DNA of 64,000 bases from the human T2T-CHM13v2.0 reference genome, Homo sapiens. How positions within the stretch are numbered: the first letter of the stretch is position 1; every line of letters starts with the position of its first letter. The notes under the pieces were generated by a model. It searched no databases. It saw only the letters and a list, made by a program, of their open reading frames with translations, and had not been told where the DNA came from. The stretch lies in NCBI RefSeq assembly GCF_009914755.1, contig NC_060926.1. One strand, written 5' to 3'. Of the stretch, positions 16,931 to 29,518 are shown in pieces. Made by a program: the position numbers and the translations under genes.

Positions 16931-19204
16931 TGAGGAACAGGGTAGAGATTATCATCTTTTTTCTTATTGCCAAGAGGCACAGCCATTTAGAATCATTGCA
17001 GCATTGTTAATCCCCAAAACCTTTGGAAAAGAGCAACAGAGTGATATTTCTTCTGCTTTTAGCTCCTGCTTCCCCTCTCATTGGTCAAGTATGGAGTCCT
17101 CAAGCACTGAGTTTAATTTACACTTTACTCAAGGGCTTGTTTTTGTCTGAGATGAGGTTCCTGGTTTATCTTTCTGTAGCTATGGATAAGGGTCTGGTTC
17201 AATTCCCCTAAAATATTTACACAGTTAATGTGTATTTAAATATTGGTTCGCTTTCATGACTTAAAGTTACCTACCTGAAAATGCTTCTATTTGAAATACT
17301 AATTTTATGAAAAGCTCTGATTAATGAAGTACCTTAGGTGTCTTGCTTTTAAATGCCATTTACACGCAGTATTATATGCTATAAAACTTAAGTCCAGTGT
17401 GCTAAGAGCTAGTTAATTCTGTTTTGTAAAAGAAACTTTAATAGTTTCCATTTAAATTATTCTTGAGTTTACTGCTATTTTGATAGAGCTTTGTAATGTG
17501 AAAAGTCAGAAGTTCTTAAGTTTATTTTAAATGAATTCTAGTTTGAGGAATTATGGACAATTACTTTGAAACAGAGTACCAATTCTCTTACATTCCTCAG
17601 AGCTATACTTCCAGTTTTCAGCAAACCAGTTTCTCTCCATAAGCCTGGAGGAAAATATCTATCTGATCTTCAGTAAAATTTTTCCAGAATCATTTCAAAA
17701 AATTTTAAGCTAGTTTTATTGTAATTTGAAGTTACTATGGCTGATCAAATCTAATAATCAAATGATCTCTAATTATTATTGCAAATACATTTCACTTCAT
17801 ATTAGCCAGACTACTCCATACACAGATAGTATAATGAATGAATTTCCTTGAAGTCTACAGCTCTATTTGGCTTATTTTTCTCCCAATCACTTTTGTTTCC
17901 TTCATTGACTATATTTCAACTGTCCTACAAAATTACTATTTGAAGCTATAATTCTTTGAGTTTAAAGTTTGCCTCATGTAGCATCTGTTGATGTTTGATG
18001 TATGATTTGTGCATTGTAAACTACAAGCCATAGAAGACAAGACATTCATTTCCTAGGCCTTCCCAGGTAGGTGATTTGGTTAAAAATTTCCTTAAAAAAT
18101 ACAGAGAATCCAAAACAAATGAGCTAGCTTGACATAATGTCTGTTCTACCTCAGAAGCAAAAGTCGACATTGAAAGAAAAGCATCTAGCCTGCAAGCTTT
18201 AAAATTTTAACAAAGTGCCTGGAATCCAGCTATATGCTTAACTTGCATTTCTCTACACTCTTGAGGCGAGTATGTTCCACGTGCGAAAATATTTTCTAAT
18301 GGAAACACCAAAGAAATATTATGTACAGGAAAGCTCACTGGTCTCAGCAAGGATCCCAAAATTTTCCATGTATTCCAAATGTTCAGAAAGCTGGTTCTAC
18401 TCACCTTAGTTCTTCTGTCTTTCAGAGCTATGCAATTGCTTCTAAATAGAGTAACGGATTCCACTTACAAAATAGACTGTGGTGCAGTTTATCCCTAAGT
18501 GTATCCTCATGGCATCAAGATCACATCCATAAGAAAAAAGAAAAAAAAAAAAAACAACCACAAGGAATTCAGTCAAGTCTAGTCATCAAAACTGAAGCTC
18601 AAAGAAAGCTGAGTCAGGAAAGCTAGTTTGTGCCTATAAATTGATTTGATCAAAGACAGCTGAGAAAGAAAAGTCAGTATTGCCTCTCCCAACCCCTAAT
18701 TATTTGAAAGAATTATATAGAAGATAAACTTCAGGTTTTCACTTTCAATTGAATTCTCATCCCCTGTTAACTACTTTGAAATCTATATTGTGAAACATAA
18801 GAAGAAACTAATAAAAGGGTCTATATTACTCAATATAAACTACTGTAAGGGAAATGGATATGCTGCAGTCAAGAATAGGCCAAGGCAGACATCCGGTACA
18901 GCATGACTCAGCGAGTTTGGAGTGCAGGCACACAACTCTGCTCATTTTGTGACCACGCCATGTGAGGTATATTAAGTGATCACCCACATGAGCTTGTGCT
19001 TGGCTCAGAGCCACTGTTGTCTGTAAAAGGTATAATTACTCTGCAAATGCTGTACAAATGGCTTGCACCTGAGCTTGCTCACACCCAGGCTCACCTGTGC
19101 CCAGAGAGAGAGTAAAGCCATGTCAAAATATTCCACGAGTGTTTTGCCAGCTACCTGCCACTGGCCCATCGACTCTCCTCGGACCTTAGTTAGAACCTGA
19201 CAAT

Positions 19205-19222
19205 TGGAATCACAAACAGGAT
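19205..19222 (+). promoter_or_regulatory. Retroviral primer-binding site for tRNA-Ser(CGA)
   Basis: tggaatcacaaacaggat lies 2 nt after the 5' LTR. It matches TGGCGTCACGAACAGGAT (complement of a tRNA-Ser-CGA 3' end, from memory) at 15/18 positions, with the mismatches at former CpGs. Confidence 0.75.
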
Positions 19223-19902
19223 CCTGAGCTATGCTGCATGAATGGGCTCTGGTGGAAACCTGAGCAACAGTACATGGGTCCCCCATGAGCATGGAGAAGG
19301 CGCTGAAGCAGCTGGAAGCACAGAGAACCTAGAAGGAGTGAGCTTTTGCCTGCAGAGTTGGATGGGCATTTTTTACTGTGCTATGAGAATTACACAGCTT
19401 GTCCCTGAGGGATGCAGTAGAGGTAAGGGCCCTCCAGGCACAAGTAGGCTGCCTGGAGGCCCAGCTACACAGCTCAGAAAAAGGGTTAGAAGCTGCCATG
19501 AATGGGGACCTTCAGGCACTCAATAAGTGACATGCTCACAGATGTGGATAGATTTGATTTTGGCCAGGACTGACTGAAAGAAAATCAATAAGCAGCCCAA
19601 TAAAGTTATCTTAATTTTGTGGAGACAGCTGTCTCTGGAGCAGCAGTTCCAGAAAATGCCCAGAAGGGAGAAGGACATTACTGCATGACCCAGTCCCACC
19701 TGGGTGCTCCAGCTCAAAGACTACGTCCTGTAGCCAGGCAAGAGTGTAAAACCTTTTCTGTTTGATTAGGGAACTGGCCGACGTGCCCCGCTTGAGGGGA
19801 CACTGGACGACCGAGGCCACATGTGGACTTGGCAATGCGGTGGTTCCTGCGCCTGGATAAGTTTCTGAGCAAGGCTACGTAGATGGTTATAAAGACCAGT
19901 CA

Positions 19903-21060
19903 GTGATAGTGAAACCTGTATCTTTGCACCTTGCCATTGGCCGCCTGGCTCCCTGCTTATGCACTGTGTATGTCTCTCCCATACCTGAATACATTCTGAG
20001 GGTGGATGTTTTACACAGCTTGGCAGCTGTGCTACCTGTTACAGACCTGATGGACCACTTGACGACAGAATTGGGACAGTACCACTCTGTGGTGGACTTG
20101 ACCAATGCATTCTCAATTAACATTGCTCTAGAGAGCCAGGAACCGTTTGCGTTCATGCGAAGGCAACAATGGACTTTCACAGTGTTACCACAGGGCTATA
20201 TGTATAGCCCTACCATATGTCATGGTCTTGATAATATTATGTTAACCTCTGATTCTCTTGCAGATTTAGAAGCAGCAATGCTCCTCTTGCTTGTGATTGG
20301 GTTGGTGCAGCTGAGACTGCCTTCCTGGCAGCCGAGCAGGCTATTCAGTAGGCACAAGCCCTATATGTAGTTGACCAGGGGCGCCCATTTGAGCTGGACG
20401 TGCATGTGACCACAGATGGTTTCAGCTGGGGCCTGTGGCAGTGCACAGAGTGCTTGAGAATGCCAGTCGGCTTTTGGTCCCAACGATGGAACGGAGCTGA
20501 GCTCCACTATTCCTTAATAGAGAAACAGCTAGCAGCTGTATATGCCACCCTTCAGGCTTGTGAGAGTGTAACAGGATGGGCTGCAGTCATCGTATGGATG
20601 ACTTACTTACCTGATAGCAGGATAGGTGCGTTCATAGGTATGACCCCCTGGACTAGGATGGCATAGACATCCACTCCGGCAAAGTGGGGCACCTACTTGG
20701 TGCAGCAGAGTACGCTGAGCACAAGCCCCTTAGCAGCAGAGTTGCAAGAGGTCTTGGGACCTGTAGTCCTAATGCAAGATAAGGCCATGAGGCCTGAGGT
20801 ACCCCTAGACCCCGAGTCTTTACCATTTAAGAAAGGGTGCCCTGCCCCCCTCTTCCCCTGCAATTCCCAATGGGGCATGGTACACAGATGGGTCTAGCCA
20901 AGGTGCTACTTCTGCCTGGACCGCTGACACAGTCCAAACTAATACTGACACCATATGACTCGAAACCAGGTGTGGACACAGTAGCCAATGGGTTGAACTT
21001 ACAGCAGTATGTATGGTGATCACCAAGGAGGTGACACCTATGGTAATCTGTACCAATAGC
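19903..21060 (+). pseudogene. Class III ERV pro/pol remnants (protease tail, RT, RT-connection, RNase H)
   Basis: Translations include 'PIPEYILRVDVL', 'SVVDLTNAFSI...WTFTVLPQGYMYSPTIC' and 'GFSWGLWQ...VGFWSQRW...YSLIEKQLAAVY'; 'tggtacacagatgggtct' = WYTDGS at ~20878. Fragmented and with large deletions. Confidence 0.85.
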
Positions 21061-22334
21061 TGGGCGGTCTATTGAGGCTTAACCTTGTGGTTAACTACCT
21101 AGAAGTTACAAAAGTGACCAGTTGATCACTGGTCCATGTGGGGCCAGGCCATGTGGCAAGACCTATAGGTGGAAGGATGACCTCCTCCGACCAGGCATGG
21201 GGATGAACGGTAACCTCTTGTTGCCTGTCCCAGTGCCCCCAAAGGTAGGAAAATAAAAACCTGGCTTGATGTATAAAGCAATATTAGGGTAACATCACCA
21301 GGGGGTGGTTGTGTGCCATAAGCTGGAGTTGTTGCTCCCTGTATTACTGCTATGGCCTCTGGGTCCAGGATTCTGCCCTGTGAGCACATCTCCCCACTAG
21401 AAAAACTCCCTCAGCCTAGGGAGTGGAATGTAAGGCCTATGTGTTGGACCTGTGTGTCCAGAGCCTATGTGTAAGACCTGTGTGTCAGACCTGCGTGTTC
21501 AAGGCCTATGTCTCCCTCGGCCTAGTGGGTGAAGTGTAAGGAAAATGGATGTGCTGCGGTCAAGAATAGGCCAAGGTAGACATCCCATCCAGATGACTCA
21601 GTGAGTTTGGAGCACAGGTGTGCAACTCCGCTCATTATGTAACCACACCACATGAGGCACATTAGGTGATCACCCACGTGAGCTCATGCTTGGCTCAGAG
21701 CCACTCTTGTCTGTAAAAGGTATATTTACCCTGCTAATGTTGTACATATGGCTCATGCCTGGGCTCACTCATGCCCAGGCTCACTTGCACCCAGGGAGAG
21801 AGTAAAGCCATATTGAAACTATCTACAATTCCTCAAGTGTTTTTTCAGCTACCCACCACTTGCCCACCAACTCCCCTCGGCCTTCAGTTAGAACCTGACA
21901 ACTACCCTTTAAAAATACATATATGTCATTTTTTAAATTTCTGGCACATGAGTACCCTCATGTAAAAATTAACCTTCCTGCTGAAAACAACTATGAACAC
22001 TAATTTTTTTATAAGTTTTTACAAATTTTACAAAAATTCAAGAGATGCCCTTGATAGTCAAAAACAAAATGAAAGCAGTAGTCTAGAGAGTTAAATAAAC
22101 TCTAAAGCTGCCTGCTACTTCAAAGGCACCTGATAATCTCTGGTGACCTTGAGTGGCATTTTTGACAGCTGCATGGAAAGAGGAAGATAAAACCTAGGAC
22201 CCACCCTTGGAGTGGAGTGTGTTAAAAGACCCCCAAATAAAGAAGAGCCCCTTGTGCTATATCTTCAGGAAAAAGCACAGCAGTACCTAGATTCAATCAA
22301 CCAACCAACCAACAGATAGGTAGGTAGATAGATA

Positions 22335-22871
22335 GATTACAGTAGGTATTTAGTCAGGTATGAGCAGAGCAGGAGAGGGCTCCCCCCAACACACACTCCA
22401 GGAGTGTTGGGTGACCATCAGGTGATGGTCAGGCAGGTATTAACTATCTCTCTAAAGTAATAGTTGGTCACAGATGATGCCAGGGAAAGGCAGTCTCCTA
22501 ATAGAAAACACCTGAAACTAGTAATCAGTAGCTTCCTGATAAGATCTCAGGAGTTGGGTGAGTGGTGAGAAGTAACCCAAAAATCCAGAAGTAAGCCAAT
22601 ATATAAAAACCCAAGTCAAAAGATCAAACCACGTACTTACCTTTCATCTCCCTCGCTTGGCCCTCTTCCAAGTGTACTTTTCTTCCTTTCATTCTAAAGC
22701 TTACTTTTCTCCTTTTCATTCTAAGGCTTTTTAATCAACTTTCACTCCTGCTCCAAAAGTTGCCTCAGTCTCTCCTTCTGCCTTATGCCCCTCAGTCAAA
22801 TTCTTTTTCTGAGATGGCAAGAATTGAGGTTGCTGCAGACCTGTATGAATACAGATTTGCTGCCAGTAACA
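22335..22871 (+). mobile_element. ERV1 solo LTR (MER50-like) inserted in a GATA repeat
   Basis: Start 'ttacagtaggtatttagtcaggtatgagcagagcaggagagggctcccc', end 'tgccagtaaca'; GATA on both flanks, consistent with a 4-bp TSD. Confidence 0.75.
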
Positions 22872-22874
22872 GAT

Positions 22875-22876
<2 letters not shown>

Positions 22877-22923
<47 letters not shown>

Positions 22924-22952
22924 GCATACATACACACATACATGCATACATA
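22877..22952. repeat. (GATA)11 tetranucleotide STR followed by a (CATA)-like tract
   Basis: Read directly from the sequence; perfect GATA run 22877-22920. Confidence 0.97.
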
Positions 22953-22955
22953 GAA

Positions 22956-23065
22956 GTATGTTTCTTTTCCTAGACTATGTTAGAAGCCATAGCAGAGTTT
23001 TTAATACTTTATGTATTGTTTTCTTTTCCTAACCTATGTTAGAAGCTATAGCAGAGTCTTTAACA
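22956..23065. repeat. Imperfect tandem duplication, period ~59 bp
   Basis: 'tttcttttcctagactatgttagaagccatagcagagtttttaa' followed by 'tttcttttcctaacctatgttagaagctatagcagagtctttaa'. Confidence 0.9.
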
Positions 23066-23261
23066 GTTTTCTTTACTTCATTGTCCAGTGATTTAATTAT
23101 AAGAGAAAAATTTTTAAGAGAAGTATTGTAAGAAAATGAAAGGGACAAAGAAGTTGAGCCTCCTTCTTTTAAACATGAGGTATCATCATTGTTTCTTAGA
23201 AGGAAAACTGCCCTTGCTATAGACTGGAATTTCCTCTTTTTAGAACAAAAGTTTTAGTTCC

Positions 23262-23550
23262 TTGTACAGTTATCTATTGCTTTTTAACAACCCCAAAGCT
23301 TAGTTGCTGAAACCAAAATTTATTTTACTTAAAAATCTTCAATTTGGGCACAGCTATCAGGGATGGGTCATCTCTGCTCCACTTGACATCAGCTGGCACA
23401 GTTCAATGGCTAGGGACTAGAACTATTTGAACCCTTGATTATTCAAATATCTAGTGGCCGATGCGAACTGTTGCCTGGGACCTTAGCTGGAGCTAACTGC
23501 CAGAACATCAACACGTAAGCTCTCCACGCAGCTTGGGCTTCCTGACAGGT
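23262..23550 (-). mobile_element. MLT1-type LTR fragment, antisense
   Basis: 'tgtacagttatctattgct...aaccccaaagcttagttgctgaaacc...tcatctctgctccacttgacatcagctgg'. Confidence 0.6.
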
Positions 23551-24719
23551 TCATCTCAGGCAAAGTATACTTTATCTGTCTAACAATATTTTTCCTCTCA
23601 TTTCTGCATTTCTTAGTTGCTTGCTGAAAGCGTCAGGCAGACAAATGTGTTTTTCTGTCTAAAAGAGCCTCTTTAGAAGAACTGGTTCAAAGTTATTTTA
23701 ACTAAAAATCCTAATAAGAATACTTTCCATAGTGGCAGTATGTGTGGAAACTGGAGGAACATGGACATAGTGAGGATGTAAGCCTCAGGTCACCCTGCTC
23801 CATGGGGTCAAATTTCCCCAGCTCTGCCAGCTTCACTTCATCACATTTCCTCTGCCCTAATTCTTTTGAATTTCAGACCCATTCATGAAAACTCTCCTCT
23901 CTCTCCACCCTTTTCTGCATTTTCTTCAGCCCAGCTATCAAAATTAGACCAGTGTTACTTTAACCAAAAGGTTTCTATCCAAATAAAGAGCTCAAGTAAT
24001 TTTCTACTCAAGTGTTTTAATCATTGCATTACAGACTGCACCTAATGAAATCAAACACATCAGCTACAGACTTCCCCTGCATAAGGAGAACACACTGGGT
24101 ATAAAGGATTCCAGCAAAGTTTGTTAAATCAGGCTCCATCTAAACACACAGGGGCCAGCTTTTTCTAGCACTTGGGGTCTGGGAAGCCTGAAAACAGAAG
24201 TATGAATTAGATAGCGTTTCTTTCAGCTGATTCCTTACACCCCCTCTCAGTGGCCTTGTCTGCTTCCAAACACTGAAAGCTTTGTCCTTTGCTTGATTGC
24301 TTAGAACGCTCACAGTGAGCCTCACAAGACAATTCCCTCCCTCTGACCCACCAAAACTTTGCATCCAAGTCCTGTTCTCTCAAGCCCTAACCCTCACCTC
24401 AACAGCCCAATATATAATTTCATGCTTGGATATTAGTATCTATTTATGGCTAAATTAATTCTTGACACTCTTAAAATTAGGGTTGCTAAAGTAATACTTG
24501 TATTCATATCAGTGGACTGGAGTTTAGAACATTTAGCCAGGAGACTTTGTGGCATACTTCAATCACACTGGCCTAAAAACTATCTGGTCTCTGACAATAA
24601 GAGTAATTCTATTCACACTGCTCTATATTATAGAAAAGTAAATTAGCTAGTTTTCCTGAACACCCTGCTCCATTATTATTGATCCAACATTACTGTAAAT
24701 CAAACAAATTATTGCTCAT

Positions 24720-25375
24720 TTACATCTCTATTGCAATGACTTTGGCTATACTCTACTACCAGTATATTCTTGTTGCATTCAGATTGACCTGACATCCCTG
24801 CCTAAGCTACTCGCTAATCTCTCTGTCTCTATCCTTCCCCATTACACACTGCACTCAACACAGCAACCGGAGGTTTTCCAGTGAAAGTCAGATTACATGG
24901 CTCCTCCTTTCAAAGCAACGTGTTATCTCTCAGATCTTATACTCTTGTTCACTCCCCTCTAGATAACCTCTTTACTTTTTTGGAACTAACCAGGCACATT
25001 CTCACCTTAGAGCTTTTATACTTGCTCTTCACTCATCCTGATTCTCTCTTCGCCGAGATACTATTATTGCTCATTTTCTGCTCCAACATTTTGCTTAAAA
25101 GTTGCCTTCTCAGAAAGGTACCAGAATATTCTACTTAAGTATGTCTAAACGCCTAGAGCCCCCTTATCTTGCTCTAGTTTTTTCCACAGTTCTTATTTTC
25201 TTCTGTTATTGATTTATTTAATTTCATATATTACTGCTGTTCTACCTCTGTTGGAATGTAAACTTCACAGAAGCAGAAATTTTGGACAGTTTTGCTCTCT
25301 GATGTACCACCAGCTCCTGTAAAAACAGCCTAGCAAACAGTTGTCGTTCAATAGATAAATATTAAATGAATAAAC
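24720..25375 (+). mobile_element. L2 3' fragment
   Basis: Ends 'ggaatgtaaacttcacagaagcagaaatttt...gcctagcaaacagttgtcgttcaatagataaatattaaatgaataaa'. Confidence 0.65.
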
Positions 25376-27239
25376 ATTTTTGATACTTCCTTTCTCTCAT
25401 TTTATATCCTCAGGTTCCACAGGAAAAGTAAAACTTATTCAGGTTCCAAAATTAATGTCAGTTATAAATGTGGCCTTTAGTCAGCTATGTGGTCCAAAGC
25501 AACTCTCTTCATCACCTGGTAAGAGATTTGAAAATACATTCTTCTCTCCCCAGTAACCTTTGCTTACCTAATGTAATATGAGTATATTTTATATTCTGGG
25601 CTTACCTAATATGATCACACTATTTCTGGGCACAATGTCTCCTCTCTAAATGCCAATGCAATTTATGAAACTTGCATAGCTCAATGGAGTTGGGTCATGA
25701 AAAATTATTTGAAAATAAACACGACTAAATGATTTAGTCCCTTAACATCTTGTTCAAATATTTGCTTCATAATAGAGTGACGTTATGGAACTGTGACAAT
25801 GGAGTCACAGAAGTGCAAACTAATGTGAATGATAGTATATATTGAAGGATTTTATATATAAAAGTGTCTCTAAATTCTTTTAGTATCAGTTCTGTAGCAA
25901 AAATCTTTGAGTCATATTGTTAATTGGTTTCTCATTAGGCTTTAAATTCACAAAAGTCAGAGTTTTACATAACTGGACTGAGCTGTATTCAAGAGACTGG
26001 AGTAAGCGGAGGAACTAGATTAAGGCTTTTCCAAGGTAAGTCCCAGCATGCATTTCTGTCTAGTTACAGAAGGTGCTTTTTAAATTTAGCTGACTACAAA
26101 GACCACTGTCACAGAGATCAATCTTGCTTAGTACAGAGTTTTCAAAAGCATTCTGTCTGGAAATATGCATTGGCTTTACGCACACGTAACAGAGCTATGC
26201 TTTGCTTTCCAGGCTATTCACACCTTATTCTACTACTGCTTTTTCACAAAAATGGATTAAGAGGGCACAAGTTTATACCTGCGCCAACACATATAAAAGG
26301 AAACCAAAGGGGGACTGAAAGCAGACACAAAATATATCCGGTTCTTTTTAGGCATGATGCCCACATTTCAATAGAACCACTCCTTAAATTCCTTTAGACC
26401 TGCACTGAAGATCCCTTCCAGCTCAAATATTCTATGCTTCACTGATTCTTTCAGACCCTTAGGATATTGATGTAAACTAATTTGTGTGGCTGAATTAGGA
26501 TGAGGCTTCTGATGCTTAAACAGTGACAATTTCACGGTGCAAGAAATATAGGGACGAGAGAGCTAGCTTGGTGGGAAAGAGCTTATTCTGTCAGAATTTT
26601 CTCTTTAAAACACAGCAGTGACGTTGTTCAGGTCTAAGCAACTCAAATTTTCCCTGAGGCTGCCAGCCCTTCAACATAGGGAAGGCATGGGCCCCAGGAA
26701 CAGGACAAAAGGTGGAAATAAGTAGCAGAAAAAATAGTAGGAACATGCCAAAGAGAGAGAAGAACAAAGGACATTGTTCCACCACTGCACAGATATTAGT
26801 ATAATCTGCTTCATTGCTTTACCTGGTTGAGTTAAAAGGAAATGCAGTTAATTGAAGAAGGAAATATTGATTTTGGAGTCAGGAAGCCTACATAAGGCAA
26901 CCAACTAGTTTGTGCAGGTGTCTTAATTTCTCTTAGTCCTATTCTCCTTAACTTTAAAATTAAGGAATTTGGCTCTGAAGAGTTAAATGGGTTTGTAATA
27001 CAGAAGTACTTGGGTTTCCTGGAGGGAAAGAACATCTAGCTCAAAATGTAGCTATTTGGTTGAAATAAAAAGGAATACATAAAAGCATCTGCCACCTATT
27101 AGATTCTTGAGTAGTACTTGTTTTAAAACAACAAAGAAATCTTATATGTAATTTGGGGGAGGCGGTCAGAAAGATCAAATAGGAACAAATAAAGATATGA
27201 GAATCTAAAATTATTTTTCTTTTACCTTTTCGTTGTGTG

Positions 27240-27315
27240 TGATGCTTTTAGTTCACCCTAAATTATACATATGACACTGATGCTTCTAGTTCACCCTAAA
27301 TTATACATATGACAC
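27240..27315. repeat. 38-bp tandem duplication (2 copies, 1 mismatch)
   Basis: tgatgctt[t/c]tagttcaccctaaattatacatatgacac at 27240-27277 and 27278-27315. Confidence 0.97.
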
Positions 27316-29334
27316 TGGGTAACTTTGCATAAATGAAAAACCTTTCTAAATGGTGGCATGTTGGAAGTCCCAGTTTGCAAGAGATTATGAAACAAGGGCA
27401 GTTTTGAAAAGGGACAGGGAAAAACAGACAGAAGCACATGACTGATGTGTTCCAGAAAGGAGCTAAGAGTATAAATTACCAGGCCCAAGGTATGTGGTGC
27501 TCTTGATTTCAATCTGAGCCAGTATTCAAGTTCAAGAGATCTGCCCTGAGGAAGCATGGCAGGGCACAGCTCTAGTTGACAGATGTTTTAGGTACAAATA
27601 GAAGTTGGGCCATTGCTGGCTGTATCAGTGGGTGGTTCTAAGAGAGTTATCCAAAGCAGAGGACATTCCTGGGGTCCAAGAACCAGTTCAGGGATTTAGG
27701 ATCCCTTATAAGGGTCAGGGTCAGGCTCAGCTCCATGCCCCGGCCCAGAACATGACTGGAATGGTAATTATACGTCAGAGTCCCAAGTGGAAGTCTAGCC
27801 AGGAGACTGGTAAGGACACCCACCCAGAATAAGAAAAGAGCTGCAAATATTCCATCAGCCCAGGCTATCGCTGGTTTAAGGATTAGATAATTTTGAGCCT
27901 GCAGGTGGGAGAGTTTTAGAGCCCACAGCTGTGGAAAATGGCACTGGCCCTAATTGGTAACATCTGCAGATGTAGCCAAGCACACACTTTCCCACCAGTT
28001 GTAACACATCCCCAAAATGCAGCAACTACAAATATTACCCAACTCCCAGAATGCACTCTAACTACCTACAGTAGAATACAGTATGTCAGGGAGCAGGAAA
28101 TTTACCACTACAAGGACCCAACTGAAGGGGAAACTAAAAGAGGAGGGAAATGCAGAAGGCAAGTTCCAGATACTTTCTCCTAAAATTTGTACATGCAAAT
28201 CAGTACCGGGTATATTTCACACCGACTTCACTTGAGTAACTTTCCTTGCAAGATTTTCACAAAATTGAAGGTGTAGAGGACATTTAGATTCCAATTCCAA
28301 CCCACAGGCATGTGGCAGGTAGTATTTGATCTTTCAGGCTAAAATGGAAGAGCAAGTGCAGATGGAGTGATTTCCTGTGCCAACCAGAAAGCAATAAGCA
28401 ATGTGGTATCCAACTGCGCAGGGGCATGCACTTCATCCATCCCATTAAAAATCCCGCACACAGGAGAGGAAGTACCTCAGCAGATACAGGAGCCCTAATT
28501 TTATCAACAATAGTCCTCTGACAAAGGGAGTGAGTGATTTTCTTCTAAATGAGAACAAATATTTCACAAGCACAGTTGGAAGAACCTAGCAGTTCAAGCT
28601 GGCAGTTTTAAAAATACAAACAATTAAATGTTTGGCTATAAAATAATTTCAGAAACCTTATTTAGGACCAAAGCCAGCTCTGGTAGTTTGAAACAAACAT
28701 AGTGTGTTTCATTAAGGGGCTCGGGAAGTAACATAAAATATTTTCCACCAAATTTGCCTCCAGGTAGTTGTACAGAAATTCAGTCAGCAATTTTAGTATA
28801 ATTTGAGAAGAAGTAGCAGGCAGTCCCTTCAGCAACTAAAGACACATCTCAAATGATAAATAAAATGGAGTCAACTCAGCTCTAAAGGTAATCAATCCTG
28901 CATGGCACTGAGAGTAAAGAAAATAAAGTAGTAAAGGAAACAAACAACACTAATCTTTACATAAAGGAGTTAAGATTCAGTGAGGATGAAGAGTAGGAAA
29001 GCCCGTGGAAGAGATGACAAAACAAGCACTCGCTTGAATTCTAAGCAGAATAAGTAACTAGAACCCAAATGGGAAACGGTTAACACAGTCAATCTGTCTA
29101 CAAACAGATAACGAAATACTAATGAGATTGATTGTTGCTGTTTCAGAAATGAACCAAGAGAATTTACTTTTAAGAGCTTTCGACAGGATCAGACAACCTC
29201 TAGCCATCATAAGAGAGAGAAATTCATCCAGCACCCACATGCCAACCTACTCCAAGACCCTGGAAGGGAGTATTCTTATATTTTCCTGACATTCAAACAT
29301 CATTTACCTTCTAACAGTATGTGAATATAAGGCA

Positions 29335-29518
29335 GTATAGTAAAATGAATATATCATGGATTTGGTAGCACAGAATTAAGGCTTAAACCTAATTCTGCAA
29401 ATTACAAGGTATATAACCTTGGCCAGATTCCCTCACCCCTCTAAGCTTTCATATATACAGATATTTTCAAGAGAAGACAGGATCTACTTCATAAGAATGC
29501 CTTCAGGATTATATGAGG
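29335..29518 (+). mobile_element. MIR remnant
   Basis: 'ggcttaaacctaattctgcaaattacaaggtatataaccttggccagattccctcacccctctaagcttt'. Confidence 0.5.

Larger units (their letters stand above)
18844..21900 (+). mobile_element. HERV-S / HERVL18 provirus with internal deletions (~3.06 kb); LTR18A-like LTRs at 18844-19202 and 21535-21900
   Basis: Two ~360-bp direct repeats 'tgtaagg...gaacctgaca', perfect 5-bp TSD ACTAC (18839-43 and 21901-05), Ser-type PBS, RT and RNase H remnants inside. Confidence 0.9.
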
